Shown one piece after another: positions 46,201 to 56,093 of a stretch of 64,000 nucleotides of DNA. The DNA comes from a virus. The notes beneath the pieces are model-generated. The model was not told where the DNA came from and ran no database searches. It saw only the letters and a list, made by a program, of their open reading frames with translations. The position numbers were made by a program, and so were the translations under genes. The stretch lies in the IMG/VR virus record IMGVR_UViG_3300042348_000780. One strand, given 5' to 3'. Position 1 is the first letter of the stretch; every line of letters starts with the position of its first letter.

Positions 46201-47779
46201 TATTCCAAGCAATACAATACAATCGTATTATAAATTATTATCTAAATTATCAATGAATTTTTCAAATAGATTTTTTAATCTTAGTAATTTAGCTAATGAA
46301 TATTTAAATTATTCGGTAGGATTAAATGATCCAGGTCATCCATGGATTGTTGATTTAGTAGACCCACAATATAATTATAAATATGAACAATTTAATCAAA
46401 ATCTATCTTTAGATTGTAAAAAATATAAAACTAGAGATGATGCCATTATATTTGATTCTGGTGCTATAAAGATAAAATCAACAGCAACAATTGAAAATGG
46501 AAATAGATATTATCATGAATTTTTGATTGATAACATTCCACGTGATTTTGATAATAATAATTTAATTTTCATTCCAGATACTTCAAGCGATATAAATCTA
46601 CATCAATTTTCATATGCAATAAATCGATCGCAATATATTTATAAAAATTCAAATGCTATTGCTGATCCATTTTATGAGAATAAAAGAACGTATCCTAAAG
46701 GCAATTTAGTTATTCCTGAATTTTTAAATCAAGATGGAAGTATTGATGTAATTTGTTGCATCACAATTCCAAATATAAGATCATACATGCCATCATTTGA
46801 TGATATTCAAAATGATACTACACATAACGATCCTTATGATGATGGTTATTATCTTAAATCATTTGCAGATACACTTAGATTGGTAATTTTTACTGATATA
46901 ATTTCACCAGATAATACTGTAAATCAAAAATCAGATGGAAATATTACAGATATAACATTATCAACGAATTGTTTTGGACAAGGATGTAATTTTGAACCAT
47001 CTGGTGAATTATTATCTTGTCATGTTTGTGATGGTGACTTTTTTACTGGTGATCGTTGTCCTTCATATAATTTTATGGTATGCAATAAATTGAGAGCTGG
47101 ATTTGGTGAGCAATGTGGTAATGAAGATCCATCAATAGAATGTTACCCAGATTGCCCTGATACTGGAAGTAATTCTTGTTGTATTCAGGCAGGAAGTCTA
47201 AATTGTGATGATTCCTATTTTTATGCAAGTGGTACAGTTTCAATAAATGAAAATTTATCATGTAATAAAGTTAATGTTGAGGTAAGTCTTTCATGTGGCT
47301 TAATTGATGAACCACCAGTATCTGCTTGTGGTAGTTATTTATATGATGGCTGTGGTTTTCCAAATGCAATCAATGCATTTCAATGTGCCACTGATGTTGG
47401 AACTCCTTGTGTGGGAAACACTGTAGTGTGGCCCACTTGTGGTAATCCTGGAATACCATACTTTATAAATAGTCGTAAACAAAGAGTTTGTTTTGCTTTA
47501 CCAGTAGTCATTGATGATCCATATGATATAGGTGAAAATTGTAGTTTATGGTCTGAATTAATAAGAACATTATATGCTGCATGTTTTGCCAATGGTGGTA
47601 GTGGTTGTAATGATTGTCTTGGAAGTATACCTGAATTTTCATGTACATCTTCAGGATTTGCTGGAGATCTCAGATTAATTAATAAGAAAATATATGTAAA
47701 TCAAACAGATTCTATCTGTGTTCCAATGGATCCTTCTAATTTAAATATTCTAAATACTTTTGAGGATTGTGATACATGA
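43247..47779 (+). CDS. Large collagen-like, Cys-rich (GACC-repeat) fibre protein
   Basis: GPQGP/GPTG N-terminus; at least 6 GxCC...C...GG...G..C repeats. Confidence 0.7.
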   Translation: MSKSTIGTYVIRGPQGPIGQLGATGNTGQTGNTGPTGPTGDYGVYIQSIQAYTNSIILTLSNGSTQEVTGNFRGATSEFYIGGTTSPEDSYSFISSYDSGTQTVSIRGMTFTGSLYLTEDSDYIYIHTNISEAPSELDIANLNQNTLVYLKTNSQISSTSIGVSYDANYYNGTLVYNDTGSGNGRAKLNASSKIKYVGPITRDDDLIYLNADDAGTFYLATPIGIAGITGTFRANESISLTLIPENENIWHFPENIYFESGENYLTCGKSIINITSTDQGETWLATVAARGFDVDVNSCVLSNTLGSCCYSAENFETKCKDYITKEACESLFGTFYPLRSCKDACGSTGICCTNGRCIEDTTPSECEAFGGSYYSGITCGAYNNNPDDTNFGSRLCPNNCEQDGLVSCCKDGVCLGDNFTKLLCEQVLGGKAVEGSCSEANCCDQLVGPGPCCTIGGCLELNKVECDAVGGIFMGEGLPCNQINCECLDINSQNDPFGACCENGVCSQKYQSQCKGSFIGGECDINTCLIPSGACCKDCDCTQVSQTVCQSQGGQYNGDGTSCPGNCSSSPECACSSGGFTELFDCTEPTSMDCLTSIKMYPKENLESSEITSHFTSGIAFFQYHEKFGNDQIRYIFRQGMAVKDLFIPVESNNIADFNAGVNIIKIDEDGTGRVCLKLNIANVQSMSSDQFKSLRFYLLRTNYPRHYSQNLAALRGITNSYGTDTIDSINPLSQTSEDTDGNGDIQTIDANVFMPGTDKLRRQLNGPLYGGIRKNSVSEIFEGQLRPLAYNTNDYKNHFLNMGLNTFGITGIYDIVRMSHNIGNNQPGQGFRVIHRANEGSVISSECRNANFTTTYADPRIGPLVNGSSLNTNLFSIPSKQDETIFYIASTNMEYNTNIPPLNYLYYALIDEQCKFLKLDHIVTSNDFLQPFVDSGYLIPCVKSTTFIPNYPTSSLPYIPYGMLLVGYHAHGYNKIINPQTASGIPSNTIQSYYKLLSKLSMNFSNRFFNLSNLANEYLNYSVGLNDPGHPWIVDLVDPQYNYKYEQFNQNLSLDCKKYKTRDDAIIFDSGAIKIKSTATIENGNRYYHEFLIDNIPRDFDNNNLIFIPDTSSDINLHQFSYAINRSQYIYKNSNAIADPFYENKRTYPKGNLVIPEFLNQDGSIDVICCITIPNIRSYMPSFDDIQNDTTHNDPYDDGYYLKSFADTLRLVIFTDIISPDNTVNQKSDGNITDITLSTNCFGQGCNFEPSGELLSCHVCDGDFFTGDRCPSYNFMVCNKLRAGFGEQCGNEDPSIECYPDCPDTGSNSCCIQAGSLNCDDSYFYASGTVSINENLSCNKVNVEVSLSCGLIDEPPVSACGSYLYDGCGFPNAINAFQCATDVGTPCVGNTVVWPTCGNPGIPYFINSRKQRVCFALPVVIDDPYDIGENCSLWSELIRTLYAACFANGGSGCNDCLGSIPEFSCTSSGFAGDLRLINKKIYVNQTDSICVPMDPSNLNILNTFEDCDT

Positions 47780-49233
47780 GTACGCAATTTAGATCTAGAG
47801 TTAAATCTGTCGTAAATTTTGGATCAGATTTAAAGGCTATTGGTACTTGTTGTTTTACAAATGGTACTAGTGAAGAATTGTCATTTTACGAATGTTTTAT
47901 AAAAAATGGCACATTTATTGCTGGTACAAATGCAGAATGCCCAAATCAAGGTGAATTAGTAAGTTGTTATGCTTGCTCTTATCTTACACCTTCACAAAAA
48001 ATAGCAGTAATTAATGATTCTTCTATTTTAACAAACAATAATACTATAGGTGTAAAGCAAGTAACTTTATGTGAATGTACACGAATAGGTGGTAATATTT
48101 CAGCTCAGGATCCAAATAATCCTGGAAGAGATATAAGAATTCCAAAAGCATGTTGTTATATGGATTATGATGGTGCTGGTTTTCCTATAGGAATAACATG
48201 CGAAAATGTATGTTCAGAAAAAGAATGCTCTTTAAAGGGTATAACATTTGAAAATGGACAATTGAAAAATACTCCATTGTTTACATCAAATTCTTTATGT
48301 TCTGAGGTTGAATGTGAACCGAATGCAATAACTTCTAATAACTTTGCTAAAATAGCTACTGGAAAAGAATCAAATTCTATTTTTGATATTGGCACTTGTT
48401 ATACATTAACAAGAAATGATTCAGGTTTTAGTTATTCTTGTGAAATTAACATGCTTCATAATTGCAATGGATATTGGATTTCATCAAGTTATGGTGAAAA
48501 TAATACAATATTTTGTGGAAATTCTTATGCTCCACAATTACCTATAGTAGAAACTGCTAGAGTTATAGAACCCGAATCCATGTCAGAAGCAGCATTTGAT
48601 GCTCTAAATATACAAATAGGTGATTCATATAAAGGCGGCATCTACATTGGAAAATATATTCCAAGTTCATCTTTATGTAAAGTTTATGGTTCACTGAATT
48701 TACAATCTCCAGAAGAAAAATATTATGATGATTCTACTCCTAGAGATGGAAATCAAACTTGTGCTTTGATTGTAGATATTAATAATATAAATACAAATCT
48801 TTTAACAACTGAAGAGATATCTTCATCAGTCCCCCAAACATCTTTATCAGATGGCTTCTATAATACATATGGTAATAAGACAGACTTTTTTGGTTTAGAT
48901 TTTGTAACTGTGAATACAATCAAAGGCAGAATACGTACTGGATTTGCTGATTACTATATTCCAAGTATATTAGAATTGGCATTTTTGGCTAATTCTATTC
49001 GAAATAATTCATCATTGCTTGATAAATTAGACATTACAAATTCATTATCATCATCTTCTATATTTTTTGAAGATATTACTTCAAGTAAAACAAATAAATT
49101 TAATTTCAGTAATATAATTTTTAGTTATGGTCAGATAATAAATAGTAATGCATTTGAATTTGGACAAATGCTATTAGTTCCTGGAACTAATAAATCAGAT
49201 ATAAGATTGTTCAGAAAGGTGATATTAACATGA
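47776..49233 (+). CDS. Cys-rich virion protein with DUF1566-like C-terminus
   Basis: GTCC, ACC; GGIYIG...DG..NT...DYYIPS..EL. Confidence 0.65.
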   Translation: MSTQFRSRVKSVVNFGSDLKAIGTCCFTNGTSEELSFYECFIKNGTFIAGTNAECPNQGELVSCYACSYLTPSQKIAVINDSSILTNNNTIGVKQVTLCECTRIGGNISAQDPNNPGRDIRIPKACCYMDYDGAGFPIGITCENVCSEKECSLKGITFENGQLKNTPLFTSNSLCSEVECEPNAITSNNFAKIATGKESNSIFDIGTCYTLTRNDSGFSYSCEINMLHNCNGYWISSSYGENNTIFCGNSYAPQLPIVETARVIEPESMSEAAFDALNIQIGDSYKGGIYIGKYIPSSSLCKVYGSLNLQSPEEKYYDDSTPRDGNQTCALIVDINNINTNLLTTEEISSSVPQTSLSDGFYNTYGNKTDFFGLDFVTVNTIKGRIRTGFADYYIPSILELAFLANSIRNNSSLLDKLDITNSLSSSSIFFEDITSSKTNKFNFSNIIFSYGQIINSNAFEFGQMLLVPGTNKSDIRLFRKVILT

Positions 49234-49730
49234 GTTGCAATTGTGGAAAAAACAAAGATAATGAAAAATTCAGAACAGAAGAAATAAAAAAAGAAAATAC
49301 AGTATCAGAAAAAATATCAATGGTGCAAAATTTTGCATCTGCTATTGCTTCTAGAGGTATTTCAAATGAAAAAGTTTCTAAAGCAGTAAAACAATTAAGA
49401 GTTTTATCTTGTTTTGGTAATATGAGAGAGGGTGGAGAACTTCCTCCATGCGAACATTTAAAACCAAGCACAACAACAGGTAAATTCTTTTGTGGAGGTT
49501 GTGGTTGTGGTGACAGAAAAGGAACTTGGCTTGTTTCTAATGGTGAAGAATATTCTAAGTTAGATTATCCAAAATTATCATGTCCTTTACAAATGCCAGG
49601 TTTTTCTAATTATAAAAAATCAGATCCATCCGAAGCAGAAGAACCAGTTACAAGAAGATATTATATTGAAAAGAATATCACATATAAGGATCTGGAAAAA
49701 ATAGCTGTAAATGTTCCAGATAAAAAATAA
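49230..49730 (+). CDS. Cys-rich hypothetical protein
   Basis: CNCG, CGGCGCGD, CPL motifs. Confidence 0.65.
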   Translation: MSCNCGKNKDNEKFRTEEIKKENTVSEKISMVQNFASAIASRGISNEKVSKAVKQLRVLSCFGNMREGGELPPCEHLKPSTTTGKFFCGGCGCGDRKGTWLVSNGEEYSKLDYPKLSCPLQMPGFSNYKKSDPSEAEEPVTRRYYIEKNITYKDLEKIAVNVPDKK

Positions 49731-49742
49731 ATAATATCTCCA

Positions 49743-49750
49743 TATAAATA
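49743..49750 (+). promoter_or_regulatory. T4-type late promoter
   Basis: TATAAATA before gp13. Confidence 0.7.
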
Positions 49751-49764
49751 AAATAGGAGATTTT

Positions 49765-50568
49765 ATGGCAGCACCTAATTCAAGAGATTCAATTATTGAT
49801 TATGCATTAAGAACTCTTGGTAGTCCAGTAATAGAAATAAATGTGGATAGAGAACAATGTGAAGATCGTCTAGACGAAGCTTTACAATTCTTTACTGAAC
49901 GTCATTTTGATGGTGTTGACAAAGTATTTTTTAAATATCAAGTAACACAAACGGATAAAACCAACAAATATATTGATATTAATAATATCGGCGGTTGGAA
50001 TGGAAATGCAAATGCAAGACCAAACGGTTCTGATATTATCTCTGTTGTAAAATTATTTCAATTTGGTAATTTTGCTAATATTGATATGTTTGATTTAAAA
50101 TATCAATTAGCTCTTGTTGACTATTTCGGAATCAATAGAGGAATGAATGGTGGTGGATCTATGGGTCTTGCCTCATATCATTCAACAAAACAATATATTA
50201 AATTAATTGAGGATTTCTTTCAAGGTGAAAAGGCAATTAGATTCAGTAAAGTCACGAATAGAATTCATATTGATGGATCTTTGTCCGATATTATTGTCGG
50301 TGACTATATTGTTTTTGAAACATATGCAGCACTTGATCCAGAAGAATACACAAAAATATTTAATGATAGACTTTTGAAAAAATATTTAACAGCCTTAATT
50401 AAACGTCAATGGGGGGCGAATATGGCCAAATATGATGGTGTTCAGCTACCTGGTGGTATAGTAATGAAAGGCGGTCAGATCTACGCTGAGGCAGTAAGCG
50501 AGATCGCTGCGATTGAAATTGAGTTTATTACTTCACACGAATTGCCAGTAAATTTCTTTGTAGGTTAA
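49765..50568 (+). CDS. gp13: Neck protein gp13
   Basis: LGSPVIEINV..EQ..DR.DEALQ.F...HFDG; KRQWG.N..KY.GVQLPGG. Confidence 0.95.
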   Translation: MAAPNSRDSIIDYALRTLGSPVIEINVDREQCEDRLDEALQFFTERHFDGVDKVFFKYQVTQTDKTNKYIDINNIGGWNGNANARPNGSDIISVVKLFQFGNFANIDMFDLKYQLALVDYFGINRGMNGGGSMGLASYHSTKQYIKLIEDFFQGEKAIRFSKVTNRIHIDGSLSDIIVGDYIVFETYAALDPEEYTKIFNDRLLKKYLTALIKRQWGANMAKYDGVQLPGGIVMKGGQIYAEAVSEIAAIEIEFITSHELPVNFFVG

Positions 50569-50569
50569 T

Positions 50570-51451
50570 ATGGCAACAAATCCATTTTTCAAATATTCAA
50601 ATCTAGATCAAAAGTTAATAGATGATCTCACTATAGAAACTATTAAAGTTACTGGTATTGATATTCTTTATATACCAAGAGAATATTTTAAATTGGATAA
50701 TATTTTGGGTGAAGATATTCAATCCAAATTTACAAAAGCATATCAATTGGAATGTTATGTTCAAACTGTATTATCATTCGATGGTCAAGCAGATGTAATT
50801 AGTAAATTCGGCGTTATGATCACCGATAGAATGACTATTCAAGTATCCAAGACACGATTCAAACAAGAAATATATTCTAAAGATTCACTGATTGTAAGAC
50901 CGAGAGAAGGTGATTTAATATATTTTCCTTTATCTGGTACTATATTTGAAATTAATAAACTAGAGGACGAGATTCCATTCTATCAGTTAGGTGCATTGAC
51001 AACATATACTCTAACACTAGAAGCCTTTGTATATTCACACGAAGAGTTTAATACTGGCATTGATATTCTTGATAATGCCACGAAGGATAGAAAGTCGTAT
51101 GTTTCAAGAATTCTTCTCAAAGGTATACAAGGTGGAAATTATTTACCTGGGGAATATGTGAATCATTCTGGATATACCGCAACTGTACAGCAATTTACCA
51201 AAGGTTTCAGCTATTCATATATGTACGTATTTGATGAAGTTGGTACATATGTAAATGGTATCACACTTTCTGGTGCATTGTCTGGTGCTGGATATACAGG
51301 ATTCAATAGATCCGTAACTACAACTATTATACCTACTGATCCTGTTAAGGATCGTAGTGATGGTGATAATGTTGATTTTGACAATGAAAGAGCTAAAAAG
51401 GATTTATTTGATTTCACAGAAACTGATCCATTCAGTGAAGGGAAATATTAA
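50570..51451 (+). CDS. gp14: Neck protein gp14
   Basis: YIPR; SKFG; RPREGDLIYFPL; PFYQLG; DFTE..PF. Confidence 0.95.
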   Translation: MATNPFFKYSNLDQKLIDDLTIETIKVTGIDILYIPREYFKLDNILGEDIQSKFTKAYQLECYVQTVLSFDGQADVISKFGVMITDRMTIQVSKTRFKQEIYSKDSLIVRPREGDLIYFPLSGTIFEINKLEDEIPFYQLGALTTYTLTLEAFVYSHEEFNTGIDILDNATKDRKSYVSRILLKGIQGGNYLPGEYVNHSGYTATVQQFTKGFSYSYMYVFDEVGTYVNGITLSGALSGAGYTGFNRSVTTTIIPTDPVKDRSDGDNVDFDNERAKKDLFDFTETDPFSEGKY

Positions 51452-52200
51452 TGTTTGGAGAAAATGTATCATTTTATAATGAAACTATTCGTAAAAATAT
51501 AGTTGCATTTGGAACTTTATTTAATCAAATAACTATATTACGAAAAGATAGCAATGATAATATTACAAATAGGATAAAAGTTCCTATTTTATATGGTCCT
51601 AAAGAAAAGTTTATTTATAGATTAACAACAGAAACTGGTGTTACGGATAATACACATATTCAATCGACATTTCCAAAAATGGGATTTGAAATAATTAATA
51701 TTCTTTATGATCCAACAAGAAAATTGAATAGAATTTATAAGAAAAAGAGTTCTGTTTCTGGATATAACGAAAGTACATTTACTGAAATACCATATAATAT
51801 TAATTTAAATTTATACTCTTTCACTAGAAATTTAGAAGATAATTTACAAATTATAGAACAAATCGTTCCGTTCTTTGCGCCAGATTTTACCGTAACGATA
51901 AATTATAATTCATTAAATGAAAAAGTTGATGTTCCGATTGTATTAAATGATGTTAGTACATCTGAAGACTACGAAGGTGATTTTAGTACAAGAAGAAGTG
52001 TTACAAGTGTTTTTAATTTTACTATGAAATCTTATGTTTATGGAAACATTAAGAGAGATATTGGAGGAATCATAGAAAATGCACGTGTAAATATTTACAA
52101 TGGAATGACTATGCAATCAGCTCCTTCAAATCTTGTTTCAAGCCCAGGATATACTGGAAATGCAGAAACAGGAAGTATTACTTATTATGATGGTGTTTAA
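51451..52200 (+). CDS. gp15: Tail terminator / sheath stabilizer gp15
   Basis: AFGTLFN; VPI.YGPKEKF; YDP.RKL; QI.EQI.P.F.P; DYEGDF..RR. Confidence 0.95.
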   Translation: MFGENVSFYNETIRKNIVAFGTLFNQITILRKDSNDNITNRIKVPILYGPKEKFIYRLTTETGVTDNTHIQSTFPKMGFEIINILYDPTRKLNRIYKKKSSVSGYNESTFTEIPYNINLNLYSFTRNLEDNLQIIEQIVPFFAPDFTVTINYNSLNEKVDVPIVLNDVSTSEDYEGDFSTRRSVTSVFNFTMKSYVYGNIKRDIGGIIENARVNIYNGMTMQSAPSNLVSSPGYTGNAETGSITYYDGV

Positions 52201-52202
52201 TT

Positions 52203-52634
52203 ATGTCAAAAGATCCATTTGAAAATATATCAAAAGCTTTAGAAACTACATTTGAAAAAAATCCTGAAAAGAAAGATATTCAAATTGTAAAAGAAATCAA
52301 GAGATCTAAAGAAGAAGTTCTTGAGGCTGATTTTAATTCAGCAAGAACTAATATGAAAGAACTTATTAATAATGGCATGGATGCGTTAGATGGAATTATG
52401 AAAGTTGCCTCTGCAAGTGATTCTCCAAGAGCGTATGAAGTTGCAGCATTATTATTAAAAACATTATCTGATATGAATAAAGATCTAATGGTTGTTCATG
52501 AAAAATCAGAAAATATTCAAAAAGAAAAAGTTACAAATATTACTAATAATTCAATATATGTCGGATCTACAACAGATTTACAGAATCTGATTAATAAATC
52601 ACGATCTCAAGCTAAGGAATTACCTGATGTCTAG
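52203..52634 (+). CDS. gp16: Terminase small subunit gp16
   Basis: A..SDSPRAYEV; NNSIYVGST.DLQ. Confidence 0.92.
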   Translation: MSKDPFENISKALETTFEKNPEKKDIQIVKEIKRSKEEVLEADFNSARTNMKELINNGMDALDGIMKVASASDSPRAYEVAALLLKTLSDMNKDLMVVHEKSENIQKEKVTNITNNSIYVGSTTDLQNLINKSRSQAKELPDV

Positions 52635-54339
52635 TCAATATCAGAAAAAACCTGGTTATCTTGGAAATGCCAATCTAAAACCCATTGGTGTTAAGATTGA
52701 CTTTACAAAAGAGCAAGTAGAAGAATATGTGAAATGTGCTGGTGATCCTGTATATTTTGCTAGAAAATATGTCAAAGTAGTTACATTAGATAAAGGTATA
52801 ACAGACTTTGATCTATATGATTACCAAGAAAGACTTATTCGTACTTTAGAAAAAAATAGATTCGTTATTGGTAAACTTGCTCGGCAGGCTGGAAAAACAA
52901 CTACCGTTGGTTGTTGTTATCTTTTACATAAAGTTTTATTTAATCAAAATATGAATGTCTGTATTCTTGCAAATAAATTGAATACAGCTAGAGATATTCT
53001 TGCAAGAATTCGTGAAGCATATGAATATTTACCAAACTGGCTTCAACAAGGTATTGTTGAGTGGAATAAAGGATCTATTGTTTTAGAGAATGGTTCTAAA
53101 ATATTAGCAGCAGCAACGTCATCATCTGCTGTTCGTGGTGGAAGTTACAATATAATTTTTTTGGATGAATTTGCGTTCGTTCCAACTACAGTAGCCGAAG
53201 AATTCTTTTCATCTGTGTATCCAACAATTACTGCTGGTCAAAGTACTCAAATGATTATCATTTCAACGCCTAAAGGGTTGAATATGTATTATCAGCTATG
53301 GAAAGCTGCTATATCAAAACAAAATGAATATGTTCCATTTGAAGTTAATTGGAAAGAGATTCCACAATATCCAGGCGGTCCACTACGTGATGATGCATGG
53401 AAAGAACAGCAAATCAAAAATACTTCTGAAAGGCAATTTGATGCGGAATTTAATTGCTCATTCATAGGTTCTGCTAATACTCTTATAGATGCTAATAAAT
53501 TAAATCAATTAAGTTATGGTAAACCAAGACATAGAAATGGTGAAGGTTTATTGGTTTATGAAGATCCAATAAAAGGGACGGATGAAAAAGAAAATCCAGA
53601 TCATCAGTATTTCATAACCGTGGATGTGGCTAGAGGGCAAGGAAAAGATAACAGTGCATTCGTAGTAGTTGATATTACTACAATGCCTTATAGAGTCGTA
53701 GCTAGATTTAAAAGCAATGTAGTATCTCCATTACTTCTTCCATCTTATATACGTGCAGTTGGTAAAAAATATAATAATGCATATGTTTTAGTAGAAGTAA
53801 ATGATATTGGCTCACAGGTTGCCGACATCTTGCATAATGATTTAGAATATGAAAATTTGATTAAATCTAATTTCAAAGGAACTAAGGGTCAGACAATCAC
53901 TGAAATGGGTGGTGGTAATAGACTTCTGTTAGGAGTCAGAACAACAAATCCTGTCAAGAAGTTAGGTTGTGCGATACTCAAGAATCTTATAGAACAAGAT
54001 AAAATCGTTGTTGAGGATTCAGATACAATTGATGAATTAACAACTTTTATTGCAGATGGTGTTTCTTTCAGAGCAGATGATGGTCATACAGACGATCTTG
54101 TTATGTGTTTAGTTTTATTTTCTTGGGCAACACGTCAAGACTTTTTTGAAACATTAACAAATAAAGATATACGTGTTGAGATGTTCAATGAGGAAATAGA
54201 AAAAATAGAGGCTGAGATAGTTCCGTTTGGATTTATTGAGGACGGAAGAGGTGATATTGGTGAAGTCTTGAACAATGATGTCTGGTTTGATCGTAATGAT
54301 CGTAAAAATAATATTTCCACTCAATTCTGGGTTTTTTAG
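52627..54339 (+). CDS. gp17: Terminase large subunit gp17
   Basis: RQAGKTT Walker A, IFLDEFAF Walker B, IISTPKG, DVARG.G.D, DDLVM. Confidence 0.97.
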   Translation: MSSQYQKKPGYLGNANLKPIGVKIDFTKEQVEEYVKCAGDPVYFARKYVKVVTLDKGITDFDLYDYQERLIRTLEKNRFVIGKLARQAGKTTTVGCCYLLHKVLFNQNMNVCILANKLNTARDILARIREAYEYLPNWLQQGIVEWNKGSIVLENGSKILAAATSSSAVRGGSYNIIFLDEFAFVPTTVAEEFFSSVYPTITAGQSTQMIIISTPKGLNMYYQLWKAAISKQNEYVPFEVNWKEIPQYPGGPLRDDAWKEQQIKNTSERQFDAEFNCSFIGSANTLIDANKLNQLSYGKPRHRNGEGLLVYEDPIKGTDEKENPDHQYFITVDVARGQGKDNSAFVVVDITTMPYRVVARFKSNVVSPLLLPSYIRAVGKKYNNAYVLVEVNDIGSQVADILHNDLEYENLIKSNFKGTKGQTITEMGGGNRLLLGVRTTNPVKKLGCAILKNLIEQDKIVVEDSDTIDELTTFIADGVSFRADDGHTDDLVMCLVLFSWATRQDFFETLTNKDIRVEMFNEEIEKIEAEIVPFGFIEDGRGDIGEVLNNDVWFDRNDRKNNISTQFWVF

Positions 54340-54384
54340 TCAAAAAAGCTAAAAAAATATATATTATTAGAATAGGAGAAAATT

Positions 54385-55572
54385 ATGAGCAGCTACCCAG
54401 GAGTAACTGTAAGAATACTTGATGAATCGTTAACAAGAAGCACATCTGAACTAAATTCACCAGCAGTTGGTGCAATGTTGGGTCAGGGTGGAACTTACTC
54501 TATGAAATTATTTTCTAAGAGTGCTACCGAGACAGCTCAAGGATATTACTACGTAGAAAATTTAAATGATTGGTTCAATAGATTAACTTATTTTTACAAT
54601 ACATATTATCCAGGATTTTCAGCAACCAATGGTACAACACTTGCTGCTAGAGATTTAGCGACCAACGGTGTAACTGGTTGGACTGATGAATGGTATCACG
54701 TTCATAACTTCTTGCAATACGGAGCACCATGTTATGTCTCATGGCAAGATTCTGGAGGTTCTGGTGATTTCTATATGCAAGATTTTGATGTAGTTTTCCA
54801 AGGTGGTACTGCCAGTACAAATCAAAGTTTTGTAAACAATGTTGTAAGTGCCAGAGCGGATGGTCCACTTCCAGTATTTGGTGTTTTAGGTGTAAATTCG
54901 AGTACTGCTCCACCAGCAGTAACTGCACCAACAGCAACATACGGTGAAAATACTTGTGCAGTTTATGGAGAAAAGAAGCACTTTAATGTCGCTGGTGATC
55001 CAACAAATCTCATAATTTCATCACTAGCTCCTGACGTAGCAGGATGTATTATAAGAACTGATAGAGATTCATTCCCGTGGTTCTCTCCAGCAGGGGCAAG
55101 AAGAGGTAGAATTAACAATGTCGCTGGACTTACAAAAGTTCTTTCAGAAGCAGATAAGGGATCTCTTTACACAAATAAAGTAAATCCAGTATTTAATGTT
55201 CCAGGAGAAGGTACACTTCTATTTGGTGATAAGTCATTGTATTCAGGCACTTCAACATTGGGATCAATAAATGTTGCAAGATTGTTTATCTATCTTAAGA
55301 GAACACTTGGTCCACTTGCAAGAGGTGTGTTATTTGAACAAAATGATGCTACTACTAGAGAAACATTTGCATCAGCAGCAGATAGTGTGCTTAGAGAAGT
55401 ACAGGCTGGTAGAGGAATTTCCGAATATAGAGTTATTTGTGATGAAACAAATAACACTGCCGAAATTATAGAGGCTAAGAATTTCGTAGCAGATATTTTA
55501 GTTAAGCCAATTCCATCAATAAACTTTGTAAGACTTACTCTTACAAATAAGGATTTAAGTTCGACCCTTTAA
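54385..55572 (+). CDS. gp18: Tail sheath protein gp18 (compact, 395 aa)
   Basis: PWFSPAG..RG; LFGDK; INV.RLF; FE.ND..TR; CDETNNT. Confidence 0.93.
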   Translation: MSSYPGVTVRILDESLTRSTSELNSPAVGAMLGQGGTYSMKLFSKSATETAQGYYYVENLNDWFNRLTYFYNTYYPGFSATNGTTLAARDLATNGVTGWTDEWYHVHNFLQYGAPCYVSWQDSGGSGDFYMQDFDVVFQGGTASTNQSFVNNVVSARADGPLPVFGVLGVNSSTAPPAVTAPTATYGENTCAVYGEKKHFNVAGDPTNLIISSLAPDVAGCIIRTDRDSFPWFSPAGARRGRINNVAGLTKVLSEADKGSLYTNKVNPVFNVPGEGTLLFGDKSLYSGTSTLGSINVARLFIYLKRTLGPLARGVLFEQNDATTRETFASAADSVLREVQAGRGISEYRVICDETNNTAEIIEAKNFVADILVKPIPSINFVRLTLTNKDLSSTL

Positions 55573-55586
55573 TCTAGGAGATAATA

Positions 55587-56093
55587 ATGGGAAAGATAGA
55601 TATTTTCAGACAATCTTTTAAGGGTGTAAGAGCAAATAGATTTGAAATTTTTGGTAAAACACCAGTTAATGTTGATATTCCAGATTTTAAAATCTATGCT
55701 AAGGCAGGATCTGTGCCTGGTTCAAGTATAGGAATCATTCCAGTTGGTTTCAAAGGAAGACCTGTGAAATTCTCAGGTGAAAGAACATATACTGATTGGG
55801 CAGTACAGGTATATGATTCATCAAAAACTGACCTTCGTAAAGTTATTGAAGACTGGATCGATAAAATGGATAGTAGATCAGATCACGAAGTAAATTATGA
55901 TTACACTGCTGATTGGGAAGTTCATTATCAGGACATGACAAATACATCATCTACCCCATTATACAAACGTAAAATTAAACTGGTTCATTGTTTTCCAGTA
56001 GACATTTCACCTGTAGATTTGAGCTATGATGCACCAGATACATTCGCTGAATTCACTTTAACACTCACTTACGATTATTGGCAATATATCTAA
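55587..56093 (+). CDS. gp19: Tail tube protein gp19
   Basis: R.N.FE; V.F.GR.VK..G.RT..DW...FP..IS...L.YD...EF..TL.YDYW. Confidence 0.9.
   Translation: MGKIDIFRQSFKGVRANRFEIFGKTPVNVDIPDFKIYAKAGSVPGSSIGIIPVGFKGRPVKFSGERTYTDWAVQVYDSSKTDLRKVIEDWIDKMDSRSDHEVNYDYTADWEVHYQDMTNTSSTPLYKRKIKLVHCFPVDISPVDLSYDAPDTFAEFTLTLTYDYWQYI

Noticed and set aside
37527-49233. Diversity-generating retroelement
   Set aside because: No reverse transcriptase and no near-identical TR/VR pair differing at adenines was found by eye in this window.
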